From positions 107,074,001 through 107,138,000 of the forward strand of contig NC_088792.1 of the NCBI RefSeq assembly GCF_011386835.1: 64,000 nucleotides of DNA, written 5' to 3'. A model generated the notes under the pieces. The model was not told the origin of the DNA. It did not search any database and saw only the letters and a program-made list of their open reading frames with translations. Position 1 is the stretch's first letter. Every line of letters begins with the position of its first letter. The stretch comes from Chrysemys picta bellii. Its lineage: Eukaryota. This document shows, piece after piece, positions 1 to 13,159 of the stretch. The translations under genes were made by a program, and so were the position numbers.

Positions 1-1029
1 TGTTAACAACTCTTGTGCATGATTCACGACTGCATTACTCCAGTGTTACGTCTGTGCACTCAATGGAGTGACCCTCATAAAGGAGGCACAATGCAATGAT
101 GAAACAGGCCCATTTGGTAGAGAAGTGAAGTTTTGGATGTAGGCCCAAATGGATTGAAGTTGAAGGAGCGTGTTTTGGTCTAGGCCTATCTTTGCTACTG
201 TGCTTTTGAGGCTGTGGAGGGTGTGAAAGTTGCTTACAGAATGAAAACATGCTGGCCATTTGTTTTTGGAGTGAGATTTCACATCTCATAACTGAATTTG
301 AAACATTCATGTTTCAGTATGAGAAATCTTCAAGTGCCGACCTGGAGATAACATGCACTTTAGTGGTTAGTCATTTCCTACAATAAAGGTGCAGTTTGAG
401 CCTCTTTTTTTTTCTTTTCTCTGACCGCTAAGAACTTCTGCCATGGCTACTGCAAAGCACGGGGCCAGTAAAAATATGTTTTGGAGAAAGACTGCACTGT
501 GCAAATTTTTCTCAGGATGCTCCGTTTTGTTTCATTTTTTTTAAACCTAGGTTAAAACTGAGACTTTACATTTCACCCTGAGTAGAGGGCAGGGCAGGAG
601 CAGTCTAGAGAAGAAATTACGACTCAAAAAGTCATATTTCCTTTCCTATTTCCCCCAGTACTCCAGGGGAGAAGTAAACTGCCTGTTGCCCTTGACCAGT
701 AGTAGATTACATCTCCCCCTGGAGTAAAGGTCAGTTGGATAACACCATCCACTTTGTCCCCAGTGCATAGACAAGTAATGTGGGAGCATTGTGCATGGGA
801 GTAAAAGGTGTGTTTTTTGCCCTTGTGCTGCTTTGTAGTGCAAGATACTGTCTAGCCCTCAGAAGATTGTGGCTGAGCTTTTCAAAAGTGCCTAAGGCCA
901 AGATCCTCAAAGCTATTTAGGCACTTATCTCCTTTTGATTTCAATGGCAGTTAGGCACTTAAATACCTTGGAGTATCTGGGCCTAAGTGATGTTGGAACT
1001 CAAGTCCCACTGAGTTTCATTGGAGAAAC

Positions 1030-1190
1030 AATAATCCCCATTTTTTACAGATGGGGAAGTGAGACACATGATAAATTAAGTGACTTTCCCATGATCACAC
1101 AGGAAGTCTGTGGCTGAGCTAAGAACTGAACCTAGATTTCCTGAGTCTGAATCTAAGTCCAAGTGCATTGCCCTGTCACCTAGACTCTCC
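1030..1190 (-). mobile_element. MIR/CORE-SINE-like fragment
   Basis: cccattttttacagatggggaa...aagtgactttcccatgatcacacagg...gaacctagatttcctgagtc resembles the reverse complement of the MIR core. Confidence 0.6.
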
Positions 1191-2569
1191 TTCCTCCCTG
1201 AAGTCAAAGTTTGGCATACAGTAAAGCTCATTGCAGGATCAAGCAGGAAGCTATGGGCTATGAAAGAGAAGGCCTTTGTTAAAAGGTAAGTAGCGTTAAC
1301 AACACAAAAAGAAGTGAAGACAGTCCCTGACCCCTGAATGTCCATTTCGATGGTTACTTCAATGTTATCCTTTTCCAAGTTTGCATCAGCGTGAAAATCC
1401 CCCTACAATGTTTTTCCTTGACCAGATAACCCACAGTTATAATGCATAGAGCCACTGATTCCTTCATGAGTGATTAGGAGCCTCTTGGCCCTTCCCAGCA
1501 GAGCCCAAAGTTCCATTTTTTTTTAATTTAAGAGTTATACTACTCTAAAGATAAGTGGCTTTAGGACTGTCTTGGCAGGAAAGCAAGAATATTCTGCCTC
1601 TTTTGCTTGCTATCCTTTATCCAAAATTAAATGGAGAAATTGTATCCTTTTGCTATGGAGAATATTGATAGTTTAGTTACATATTGCAGTACTTTTTTTT
1701 TTCCTTTACAAGGAATTGTACTTAAAACAGATATAGGCCTAATTTTTCTTTCCTTTATGCTGGTGTAAACCAGGAGTAACTCCGCTGAAGTCAAAATGGG
1801 TGTAGACACTGATAGCAGGGTTAGGTCCTATGCCTCAAGCCCAAAGGTATGCCAACCCTCCTTTGTAATCTCTAAGTGACATTGAGCTGCCAGAAACCTG
1901 TAAAAGTCACTCACACTCTCACAGAGCATTATTTACTTTCTATTCAGCTTTGTCACATCTGCCATCACTATCAAAAAAATGCAATGAATAAATAGCCGGT
2001 ATGACAGTATATAAGTAGTGATAATATGACAAAATCAGCAATACAGTTATAATTTCTGTTGTTCTGATGTTTCTATTGTTGCTGATAAGATAAAGATAAG
2101 GATAGAAAGCATTGTAGAGTAGGTGAAATAGGTCAGATCTCCAGCTGATCTTAAAGGCTAAAGGAATAAGCTGATACAACATAATACAGAACAAAGTAGA
2201 TACATAAACAGGTGAAATAAGATAAAATTCCAAGTCCCTTCCCTACCTAATACTAATAATTCATCCTTCCTCCTGTACAAATCCAGAATAAATGAGCTTT
2301 GTGCCTGGAACTAAACATGAGTTGAGGGAACCAGATGACATTCTCCCAACCCACAGGCACATTGTAGTACTGAAATGCAGCCTTGCCTCTTGACATTATC
2401 TTTGCAGGAGTTCTTGGCGATCAGATCCAAGAAAGCAGAGATCTTGTGCCGCCTCCATCTGATCACTTCATACCAGCTTGTTCTGACCACCTCTGCAGCG
2501 CACAGCCCCTTTTCTCCCCCCTTTACATCTGCTCTGTCCATTTCTCCTCACTCCTCATAGAGGGCTGGT

Positions 2570-3197
2570 CAGGGCCGGCTCCAGGCACCAGCCCACCAAG
2601 CATGTGCTTGGGACGGCGCCTGGAGAGGGGCGGCGGGCGGGGCACTCCGGCTCTAGAGCGGGGCCATGACTGGGCTCGCCGCCCTCCCCATGGCGCTCCG
2701 GCCGCCGGGGAGAGCGGAGCCGCGGCGGGCTCGCCGCCCTCCCCCCGGCACTCTGGCCGCCGGGGGCTCTTCGCCCTCCCCCCAGCACTCTGGCCGCCGG
2801 GAGAGCGGAGAGCCCCGGCCGGCCTCGCCGCCCTCCCCCCGGTGCTCTGGCCGCCGGGGAGAGCGGAGAGCCCCAGCCAGGCTCTCCGCCCTCCTCCCGG
2901 TGCTCTGGCCGCCGGGGGCTCTCCGCCCTGCTCCCGGCGCTCTGGTCGACGGGGAGAGCGGAGAGCCCCGGCCGGGCTCTCTGCCCTCCTCCCGGCGCTC
3001 TGGCCGCCGGGGGCTCTCCGCCCTCCTCCTGGCGCTCTGGCCACCGGGGGCTCTCCGCCCTCCCCCCGGCGCTCTGGCCGGTCGGGGATTGCGGGCCCGC
3101 TGCCAGGCTCGGCGCCCTCCCCTGCCGTGCTGGGGGGGGGGCGGGGCGGAGGGTGGCTTTTTTGCCTAGGGCGGCAAAAAAGCCAGAGCCGGCCCTG
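2570..3197. mobile_element. Non-autonomous hAT element with internal GC-rich minisatellite
   Basis: TIRs cagggccggctc / gagccggccctg; perfect 8-bp TSD gggctggt (2562-2569, 3198-3205); internal repeated units such as ctctggccgccggg and ctctccgccct. Confidence 0.9.
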
Positions 3198-4576
3198 GGG
3201 CTGGTCACAGATAGCTTTGAGTGAGCTTGCCCCAGCAGGGTAGCTTTTTACCCAGTAAAGAGTAACTAAATATACCCCCATATATTTTTGGCATACTTCT
3301 GTCATGCCATGTCCTGTCTTCATTTACATGTAGTGTGTCACCACTATATTCCTAAAGCAATCTGAAAGTCAGCTTGCCTTAGTCAGGTCCTGAAGTTCTA
3401 CTCCATCCTTAGTCAGACAGACTCCTATTAAAGTCAGTGGGCGCTAGAGAGAGTAAAAACCAAGCATGGGCTGCTGGATCTGGTTTTAAAGGAGAAGAGA
3501 GAACGCTTCATATGAATTTTAAAACCCTTTCTACTGTCAACAAGTTTCATTCTGAAGTAGTGGGACAGAATTGTACATTATCTCATTGGAAGGACTTCCT
3601 AAGTTGTCTGCTCCATCCGCTGGCACTAGTACATGATTGCCCAATAGGCCAGTCCTTTCAGTGTTTTATCTAGTCTCCTAAACCCCTCCGCTACCATCTT
3701 CTCTATGGCCACCTCTGGCAAATGAACCCATTGTCTAATCAACCCTGCTCACCCTTGGAAAAATTTAAACTAGACATTCTGAGCTATTTTCTTTTCAGTT
3801 TCTCTCTATTCCTTCTTGTTATGCCCTCCTTACATTGTTCTTTCCCCTCATTTGAAGATTTTTACAGTGCCCCATTATATCAACACCTATTGTTTGGGTA
3901 AATCCATCTGTGTGCAGAAGTTTCACAATTCGGTAACTGCCTTAAAATGAAAAAAATAAAGCCAGAGAAAGCCAGACAGGAATCTTAATTTAAGAGGTTG
4001 ATTTAGAGGCAGAAAAGCCAAGCCTATATTTTTTTTTGTTGTTTTTGTTATTTTTTTGCTAAGCCACCGACTGCAATTCCTGGTCTGTGCTTCCCTTTCT
4101 GTCACTTCTCCATAATTCTTAGCATTTCGGTTGGGCTGCTGTGTCTCTGTTGCTTCCTCTTTTCCTGCATTCCTATATTTCATTATTTGCACTTCTTCCT
4201 CTTCGAGTGCTTTTACAACAGTGCGAGGAGGATGTGGAAACCCAGTTACAATATGACACACAAACTGCAGAGTCACAATTGCTGGTATTCGGTTTCACCT
4301 CCTGGAGTGTGGAGATGAAGGGTGGGGCAGTGGGGAGGGGAGAAAGAGACCTATACACAGGGGAGACTGATTGTCCAAGCCTAGAGGTTCTGGAGCAGGG
4401 GTTTGTGATGGCAGCTTTTAATGTATTTGTTTCAGTGTTGTCTGAAGGTGAAAAAGACATTAGGGAAGATCCTCAGCGAGTGTGAATTATTGTAGTTCCA
4501 TTGGCTTCAGCAGAGTTTTGATGATTTAACCAGATGAGGATCTGCCCCATTACATTAAAGCTGTATTGGCTTAGAC

Positions 4577-4796
4577 CCGGGGTTCTCAAACTGGGGGTCA
4601 GGACCCCACTGGGGGTCATGAGGCTATTACATGGGGGGTTGTGAGCTGTCAGCCTCCACCCCAAACCTCGCTTTGCCTCCAGCATTTATAATAGTGTTAA
4701 ATATATAAAAAAGTGTTTTTAATTTATATGGGGGGATCGCACTCAGAGTCTTGCCATGTGAAAGGAGTCACCAGTACAAAAGTTTGAGAACCACTG
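4577..4796. mobile_element. hAT (Charlie-like) MITE
   Basis: TIRs ccggggttctcaaact / agtttgagaaccactg; TSD gcttagac / gcctagac (7/8). Confidence 0.85.
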
Positions 4797-5925
4797 GCCT
4801 AGACCCACAGTAAAGACTAAACTAGCTGCAGTAAGTATCTGACACATTCAGTCCTGCTTAATTTGCCAGGCAGCTGAGAGACCCCCCCAACAATGTGTGC
4901 AACTCTTACACTATTCTGTGAGGAACATTGTCACTTTCTAGGTCTTGCTGTGACCAGGGACCTCTGCATTAAGTGGTTCCTCAGCCAAAGAATTTGCTGC
5001 AGAATCTGGGCTTTACTTTTCTCCTAAAGATAAGAGTACAGACTTCATGTTTGTGAAGTGAACCCTTTAAAAGGGTGGTGAATGTAAATGGTGCAGTGTG
5101 GTCTTCCTGAGACTGCAGGCAGCCAGAAATGCTTGCCCCGAGAGATGTGTACTGCCCCCATCCACTTCAGAAAGGCATTTTCAGGGTTGCTATAAGCAGA
5201 TATTACACATGGGGGCCTTCTGAAGCCTTTCAGCTGGGCTGCCTGGATACGTGCCCTGAGAACCCGTGTAGGACTTGCTCCAAAATTCTGTTCCATGACT
5301 CACAGGGAGGAAGGGGGCAGCTAAGGAGACATACAAGTGTGGGGTGGGAGGAAATAGGTAACATGTCCAGACTGCTGTGTTTGTTTGTGGGAGCAGTTAG
5401 AGGAACAGTAGCTGGAGGTTTCCTGTTAAACCCAACAAGGGGGAAGCTGTGATATGCCTCAGCTATGGCTGCAATAGAAGAGAGATCCTGATTCCCTAGG
5501 GGGCTCAAGTTCCGTGGCGTTCTCAGGGTAGGATTTTCAAAAGCACCTAAGTTGATTTAGAAGCCTAAGTCCCATTGAAATTTTACAATGCTGTGTAAAA
5601 AAAAAATTTTACCTTCAGCCATGGCAAAGCAGCTTGTACTCCATGCTATTCAGGACTGGAGCATGACCAGACAGGGGCTCCTGCAGCTGCAAAATTGGAA
5701 GCAATGTTTGAAAAAGCTCTGGTTGTGGACTCTGAAACCTAAAGAGGACAATACCTGTTAATAATGTTACCTGTTGCCCTGCTGATCATATTAGCAGAAC
5801 AACCCATGTAATGTGTATATCGCAAAGTCCCAAGATACCTACCACTCCTCCCCAGGTGCCAAAAACACCAACTAACCACTACCCAACTGACAAACCCTCC
5901 AGCTTAGCCCCTGACAATGTCTATG

Positions 5926-6490
5926 ACTATGTCTACACCTACAGCGGCATGTAGAGTACAGGCACTGCATGTGTAGCTACACGCTGCACTGAAGGCTCAG
6001 TTAGTGGGAAGGCTGTGGGGAAAGCCTTTCCTGGAGCCTTTCCCTGAGGCTTCCCCATTGATGGAGCCTTTCCCCATTGCATCTACCTGCCAGAGCCTTT
6101 CAATCCGGGGGGGAGGGAGGGAGGCTCTGGCAGCAGGACACTGCACTGCTTAAACATAGCAGTGTAGTCATGGGAGGCAGGACTTGGGCACGTAGAGAGC
6201 TGTGAAGTGTATACACTGTGGGGTTCAAAGCATGTAGTGCTTTCTCTACTTGCCTGTGTCTCACCATCTATGCTGCTATTTATACCTGTGCTAGGTGGGT
6301 GTGCTGTGTCTGTACTCTACACCAGCGGTCTCCAAAGTGGGGTGCGTGCAAGAGGATCATTGGAAGTGCGCGGCGGGAGGAGCGCTTTTTTTTTGCGCTT
6401 CGGCAGTTCGGGCATTTTACTGATAGGGGTGCACGATCAAAAAAGTTTGGAGACCACTGCTCTACACACCACCATAAACGTAGACATAGT
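5926..6490. mobile_element. Harbinger-like MITE (TCTACAC/GTAGAC-type ends) hosting a nested hAT MITE
   Basis: Ends actatgtctac / gtagacatagt. The family assignment is by similarity to the TTA-flanked copy at 13789-15378. Confidence 0.6.
6323..6459. mobile_element. Short hAT MITE nested in the element above
   Basis: TIRs cagcggtctccaaa / tttggagaccactg; perfect 8-bp TSD ctctacac (6315-6322, 6460-6467). Confidence 0.88.
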
Positions 6491-7074
6491 GTATGATGCA
6501 GTCCCCTCTGTGTTGTCAGTCCAAAAATCGGCAGCATGTCCAAAACAAGCATTAAAAAAAATTAAATTAAGACTGAGTCAATAACACAAGGGCTGCTGTG
6601 CTGACTGGATTACTCATTTTCCTATTTAATTCATTAGACACCCTCCAGTTTTGAATGTGGAATGAAACTGGTTCAGCTTGCAGAAGTTTTAGTCTGTTGC
6701 AGAAGTCAGGCATACTTGTCTCAGAATATAGTTTAGCTCTCCACGGGCCACCTATAGGTTAGGATAGACAAAATATGTGTGAGAAGCTACCAGAGTGCGT
6801 GCGTGCACATGCACACATATGAAAAGGGCATGGCCACAATTTTCAGAAGTAACTGGTGATTTTGGGTGTTCATTTTTGGATGCTGAACTTGAGATACCTT
6901 AAAAGGGCCTCTTTTCAGAGCATGGGTGCTCAACACTTTCTGAAAATCAGGACCCTTAAAAGTGTCTCAAGATGGGCACCCAGAGATGGAGGCACCCAAA
7001 ATCACTAATCACTTTTTAAAATGTTTTCTTCTAGGGGTAGGTGAGCAAATAAAAAGCAATTTATTAGGCTTGAT

Positions 7075-7358
7075 CAAAGGAGCGAAAGCTGAAGTTAGAC
7101 AAATTCAGACTAGAAATAAGGTGCAAATTTTTAACAGAGATGGTAATTAATCACTGGAACAACCTACATAGGCTGTAGTAGATTTTCAATCACTTGAAGC
7201 CTCTAAATCAAGACTGAATGGCTTTCTAGAAGATACTATGGCCCAACCAGAAATTATGGTCTCGATGCAGGACTTACTGGGTGGAATTCTACGGCCTGTG
7301 TTATGTAGGAGGACAGACCAGATCATAATTGGTCCCTTCTGCCCTTAAAATCTGTGAA
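7075..7358 (+). mobile_element. CR1 LINE 3' fragment
   Basis: aattcagactagaaataaggtgcaaatttttaacag...cactggaacaacctac...tcaagactgaatggctttcta...ggtcccttctgcccttaaaatctgtga is a typical CR1 ORF2 end plus 3'UTR. Confidence 0.75.
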
Positions 7359-9229
7359 GCTACTAAATATGGGGTGGTATTTATGAGGGCCAGTTTATCA
7401 AATGAGGATTTCTTTGAGGTATTTGTTTACTGCTGCCGACAGAGAGTTGTCTGTGGTGCGTTAGTTAACCTTTCTTGTGTGTAGATAAAAATCATTATAA
7501 TTTAAGATGCTGGCACTCTGAAAATAATGATTGTTTTGTTAATTATTGTATAAAGTAAGTGTGTGATCTCGGCTCCCTTTCTAGAAATTATTAAAAGTAA
7601 AATTGGCTGCATAATTAGAGTGGTCACTACTGAGCACACGGCTCTCCTTTTTGTCCATTCCCCAGCCTAAAAGTACTGCTGATGTTTTTCTGTTTCTAAA
7701 TCAGGACTAAGTTTCAGTGGGTTAGCACACTAGCCTTTGACATCTAGAACCCTGAATTCAGAACCTTATTTAAGGCCCGCTCCAGCTTCCACTGAAGTAG
7801 ACATAATCCGTTTCATTGACATCAGTGGGAGTTGGATTGAGGCCTTTGCTCAAAAGTGAGAACGAGTGTTTTTGTCTCCTCCTATTCTATATCACAAAAC
7901 CACTGTGCTATTTGGTGTAGTTCAAATCCGTCCATCTTAGCTCAAGAGAGGTTCAGGAATTGATTAGCTGGGAAGTTGCAAGTCATGACTCACGTGCATT
8001 TGAAGAGCAGAACAGGGAAGCTTGCACCGATGTTGTTCACACTAGATTTGATCCGATCTGACTTTAATTGAGTTACTCTTAATTGATGTTGGGATCAGTG
8101 AAAGGGGAATGCTATCTGTCTTTCACTTGCCATGCACACTATTGGGGAGGTGTTCAGCACTACAGGGCAGACCTCAGTTGAGCTACACCACTTTACACCA
8201 GGTGTGAAGAGAGTTGATTCTGATCTCACTTGTACCAGTGTAAATCAGGAGTTGGTGTCAGTGGAGTCAAACTGGTGTCTGTGAAATCAGAATCAGGCTC
8301 AAAAAGCTCAAATTATAAATTGTCACTTCAAATCATCAGCTCGGTCAATTTGACGGTAAACTCCTGTCCTGCTGGTGTCTGGTATGACACCTGAGTGACA
8401 GCAGTTTTCTTTGAGCACCAGCTTTTTCCTATAGGTACTGTACTCTCCAATGCACGATTGTCTTATCACATACCTGCTGTGTGAGGCAGCAGTGTACCTG
8501 TTAACAGAAATGTGAGGTCTGTGGTGCCAAACAGACTTTCTTATGGTCTGGAATAAAAGGAACAAAATTCAGTGCGAAGACAGCACTGTACTAGTTAAAT
8601 CAACAAAAAAATCCATCGTACATTGACATTACTTAACAGCACAGCTCAATAAAAGTGGCCAACAAATTCTAAAAGTATACATCTAATTTTAGTGCTAACA
8701 GACAGAAGGAAAATTTAGAACAGGCCCAAATCTCAAAGCTATTTTATGTCAATCACAGCTTAGGTCATAACAGTTATCTCACCTAAAGTGGTTACTGACC
8801 TGCAAGTGCCTCTTCCTTTTTGTTACAACTCAGTGTAATGTCCCCTGCAGTTCAAGAACCCCCTTTGATGTGGACACAGCGGTGAAATGAGGAATTTCCC
8901 TATAGCAGGTATTTAAGTGGTTCCAATGTGGGGGTTATAGGGCTCCTACCATATAATTCATAACTTGGGATGGGCTGTCCTCAGCCTACCCCTCAGGACT
9001 CTCCTTGTTCTGAGTCCTACCACCACCATCCCCCCGCGAGGGGGAAAGAGGATACAGAAGGGTGGGGACCTCAGCCCACGAGGGCCACAAGATATCACCC
9101 TATTCCATGAAACCAGGGCCCATCACCATAATTCAATGTCTTTTATCTCATTCTCACACTGGAAACCGGCTGCAAGTTGTGATGAATTACCACCTCAGCT
9201 TAGGTACCAAGCACACTCCTACTTAACCC

Positions 9230-9360
9230 ACAGTGGCTTGAAGGTGCTGCAAGAAAGGTGAAAAACTCCCCAGTCCTCTGCTAATTGCCCCACGGAAGAA
9301 AAAATTCCCTTCTGCCCCCTAAACAGGAGATCGGTTAGACACACAGCATCTTTCAGACCG
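9230..9360 (-). mobile_element. Degenerate CR1-like 3'UTR fragment
   Basis: gaaaaactccccagtcctctgctaattgcccc...aaaaaattcccttctgccccctaaac resembles a turtle CR1 3' region as I recall it; not verifiable here. Confidence 0.35.
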
Positions 9361-10411
9361 GGTTCCCATTCCTAGTTCGGGAGGGGATGCTGGAACAGAG
9401 CCAAAAGAGGCACCACGTGGCCCTGCTCCTGGGAGCTGAGGAATAATGACACTCAGCACCACTCCCCCTCAACTGCCAGAGGGTGAAGAAGCTACTAGGC
9501 ATCCCTGAGTAAGTGTCTCCCTCCTTCACTGCTGGGACTGTCCCCTTTCACCACTGGCATCATTAAGTTCTCCCTGCCATTGAGGCAGGTGGGTGGCATT
9601 TCTGAACTTCTGTCTTTTTTTAAATTGATTGTGAGTTGCTGGGGGTTACAGGAGTTCTGACACTCTCCGCTGGATCAGCTGTTATCTTAACCTCCCACAA
9701 ATTCTGGGGTTGTCTTAGAATTGTGTTCTGAGGTATCTCAGCCCTAAGAAAGCTGCAACAGGCAACATTTGGTTAGAGCTGTTGGATGCAGCACAGAAGA
9801 GAAAATTACTTCAGAGACTTCCTCCCCCCAGTCCCAATAATGGCTGGGATCTGACTGTGTCCAGGGAAAGTGAGAAGGATTTGTTTTTTTCCCTTGGATG
9901 AGGATAAAGACGTTGGGATGTGGAAAAGGGGATGGGAAAGTGAGATAAAAAGAGAGATTTTAAAAGGTTGGAATAAATATAGGCTAAGTAAGATGTTTCC
10001 AACTTGGTCCAAACCTGTGAGCCCTTTGAGGATCTCCCATCACTGTTCAGAACACCCAATTACTTTTAGCACATGCTGGACATTTTCCTTGGCCACAATA
10101 CCAGACATACGATCCCCACACTAGCAACTGATTGGCTGCAATACACAAGGGGGAAGGAATAATTTTGTAAAGAGACTTGCTTCAAGGGCTATCTCCATCA
10201 GTGAGATCCAAAAAGCTGATACAAGATTTCAGTGTAAAAGTTTTAGGTGTCCTACCCAAAGATCTAGATTTCATCACAACAATTGGCTGCACTGGTGATT
10301 TGGTAAACTATTATCAAAATTCTCCTATTGGCTCCAACATCTGAGAAGAAAACGCATCAAAAGAGTCAGACAAAAGTGTCTAACAAGGCAAAGGGATACT
10401 GTCATGACTAA

Positions 10412-10651
10412 GGGCTTGTCTATGCTGCAAAAAAACACTAAACCCATAGCAGCAAGTCTCAGAACCTGGGTCAATTGAGTCAGGCTCTGAGATGCATCCC
10501 CCTTATCCGAGCACATTTCCAGCCTAAGCAGTAACTTCTGCATGGCTATTTTCAGCCCCGTAGCACGAACCCCACAAACCCAAATCAGTTGACCCAGGAT
10601 CTAAGACTTGCTGCTGTGGGTTGTTGGGTTTTTTTCAGCATAGACAAATCC
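10412..10651. mobile_element. Harbinger-like MITE with long imperfect inverted arms
   Basis: gggcttgtctatgctgcaaaaaaac...cagcaagtctcagaacctgggtcaa mirrors ttgacccaggatctaagacttgctg...tttttcagcatagacaaatcc; flanked by taa / tca. Confidence 0.7.
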
Positions 10652-11051
10652 TCATAGGCCTGAAACTTAACCTAACTCAGAATTATTTTCCCAATTGATC
10701 TAACCCTAGGAAAGAGGGAGGAAAAAAATCTATCATTTCCACAAAATGAGGCCTGGAACATTAGAAAAAGTCAATTTCTCTGTTCAGTGACTTGTCTACA
10801 AGAGATTGGGTGGCAAGATTCTTGTCTATTTCAATCTTTGACTTGTTCTCAAAAGCAGAACACGCAGGCAGCACAGAGGGATGATGGGATTAATAAAGAC
10901 ACACCCACAAACCAAAATGCAGCTGGTAGATCTCATTTTAGGCCTACCAACCATTAAGACAGCTGGGGAACCATCAGCAGTCTCTTAACATACAGTACAA
11001 TGTATCACCATGACAGCTGAAGAATCCCTAGTAATAGTTCTACACTGTGCT

Positions 11052-12265
11052 TAGGGTTACCATATTTTGTGCCTCCAAATGGAGGACACTCCACCGGCCC
11101 CGGCCCCGCCCACACCCCGCCCACACCCCCGCCCCAACTCCGCCCCCTCCCCAAAGTCTCCGCCCCCTCCCCTGCTTCCCGCGAACATTTAATTCGCGGG
11201 AAGCCTGAAGCAGGTAAGGGGGGGATGGGGGGAGGAGGTGCGGCCCAGGCTGGCCCCCCCTGCGGCTACAGCCTGGGGTGCCAGCCCCGGCTGACCACCC
11301 CCGGCCCGCCCAGCACTGCCTGCCGGCCCCCGGCGGCCCGGCGCACCCCCGGCCCCGCGACCCCGGACCGGCTCCCGGACCGGCCCCCCGCCTCAGCGCA
11401 TCCCGGGGCTCCCGGCCCGGCGCACCCCCGCGGCTCCGCGGCCCCGGACCGGCCCCCCGGACCGGCGCACCCCCGCGGCTCTGCGGCCCGGCGCACCCCC
11501 CGGCCCCGCGGCCCCGGCCCGGCGCACCCCCCGGCCCCGCGCACCCCCGCGGCTCCCCGGCCCCGGACCGGCTCCGCGGCCCGGCTCACCCCCGCGGCTC
11601 CGCGGACCCCCCAGCGGCCCGGCGCACCCCGCGGCCCCGGACCGGCGCACCCCCCAGCGGCCCGGCCCGGCTCACCCCCGCGGCTCCGCGGACCCCCCAG
11701 CGGCCCGGCCCGGCGCACCGCCGCGGCTCCGCGGCCCGGCGCACCCGCGGCCCCGGACCGGCGCACCCCCGCGGCTCCGCGACCCTGGACCGGCGCACCC
11801 CCCGGCCCCGCGACCCTGGCCCGGCTCCCGGCCCGGCGCACCCCCGCGGCTCCGCGGACCCCCCAGCGGCCCGGCCCGGCGCACCCCCCGGCCCCGGACC
11901 GGCCCCCCGGACCGGCGCACCCCCGCGGCCCGGCGCACCCGCGGCCCCGGACCGGCCCCCCGGCCCGGCGCACCCCCGCGGCTCCCGGCCCGGCGCACCC
12001 CCGCGGCTCCGCGGACTCCCCAGCGGCCCGGCCCGGCGCACCCCCCAGCGGCCCGGCACCGCGCCCCCTGCTCCCCGCCGGGCCCCGCGCCCAGCCCGGC
12101 CCGGCACTGCGACCCCGGCCCGGCCCCGCACCAGCCCCGGCCGAGCCCTCCCTCCCTCCCGATTTTCCCGGACATGCCCGGCTTTTGGGGATTTCCCCCC
12201 GGACGGGGATTTGAGCCCCCAAAAGCCGGACATGTCCGGGAAAATCCGGACGTATGGTAACCCTA
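11052..12265. mobile_element. Non-autonomous hAT element with ~0.85 kb extremely GC-rich mosaic tandem repeat
   Basis: TIRs tagggttaccata / tatggtaacccta; perfect 8-bp TSD actgtgct (11044-11051, 12266-12273); internal units ggcccggcgcacccc, cccgcggctccgcg, ccccggaccggc. Confidence 0.92.
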
Positions 12266-13159
12266 ACTGTGCTGCTATTCTGCCAACAAAGGAGAAAAAG
12301 GAGTCTGCTTTGTAGTGAGGTTATATCGCTTTAAATATGCAAATTGGTATTTAAACAGATCAGTTGCATTTAGAGGCTAATGTAAATCTGCATCGTTCCA
12401 TATAAGTCGCTCAAGATATGTAAATTGTTCATCGAGTTCGAGCATTGAAAATGTTTACCTTCTTTTTGCAGGGAGTAATTAATACAGTGTCTTTAATTAA
12501 TATATCTCTTTCCACCTAAACCATATTAGTCTTATAAACGATCATTCTTGATATATCCAGCATGTACAGGGATTTCACAGAGTTTTTTTCAGTGGGCTTA
12601 AATTCTCTCCCCTAACTACACTTCACATCACTTCTATATACCTGACCACCAGTATGTAGCCTTATTCCACTGGTTGGGTTCCTGGATCCCCACCTCATTG
12701 TGCCCTTCCTTTGGCTAGGAATCTCTCCAGCCTATTCTGGTCTATTCTGGTAACTAGGCAGTGAGCTTTTACACGTATAACTACAATGCTTTGTTTATGA
12801 ACCCACCTGTCTCTCCAGCTTGGTAGTTTTCTCTGGACCCCACTGTTAATTCCTTACCTCAGTGAACCTCCCCTCTTCTCCAAAGACTGGTCCCGCACCA
12901 GGCAGCCCTTTTAATACAATACTAGGTGCTCTCTTTGTGATTGCAAAACTGTCTGGTGTCGCCACACTCCTAAATCAGAAAGTGGAATCCACAGACAGCA
13001 AGGCAGTAGATTTTGTTGTTGTTGTTTAAAAACAGCACATCCTAGAGTGCAGATCAACACTGATAAGTTTCCCCGAAGTGTTCTTGGAGGAAGGATTTGA
13101 GAGAGAGTGGATGCCTCCCCTGTCAGGAGAGGTCATTATTGGCATTAGGCGTGATCTGC

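Noticed and set aside
2383-3323. 167-286 aa ORFs on both strands
   Set aside because: Same artefact, from the minisatellite inside the TSD-flanked hAT element.
8834-9650. TG...CA bounded segment as a solo LTR
   Set aside because: No matching TSD, and part of it resembles a CR1 3' region.
11069-12315. Overlapping 167-381 aa Pro/Ala/Arg/Gly ORFs on both strands
   Set aside because: They lie in the GC-rich tandem core of a hAT MITE; stop codons are absent for compositional reasons and there is no transposase motif.
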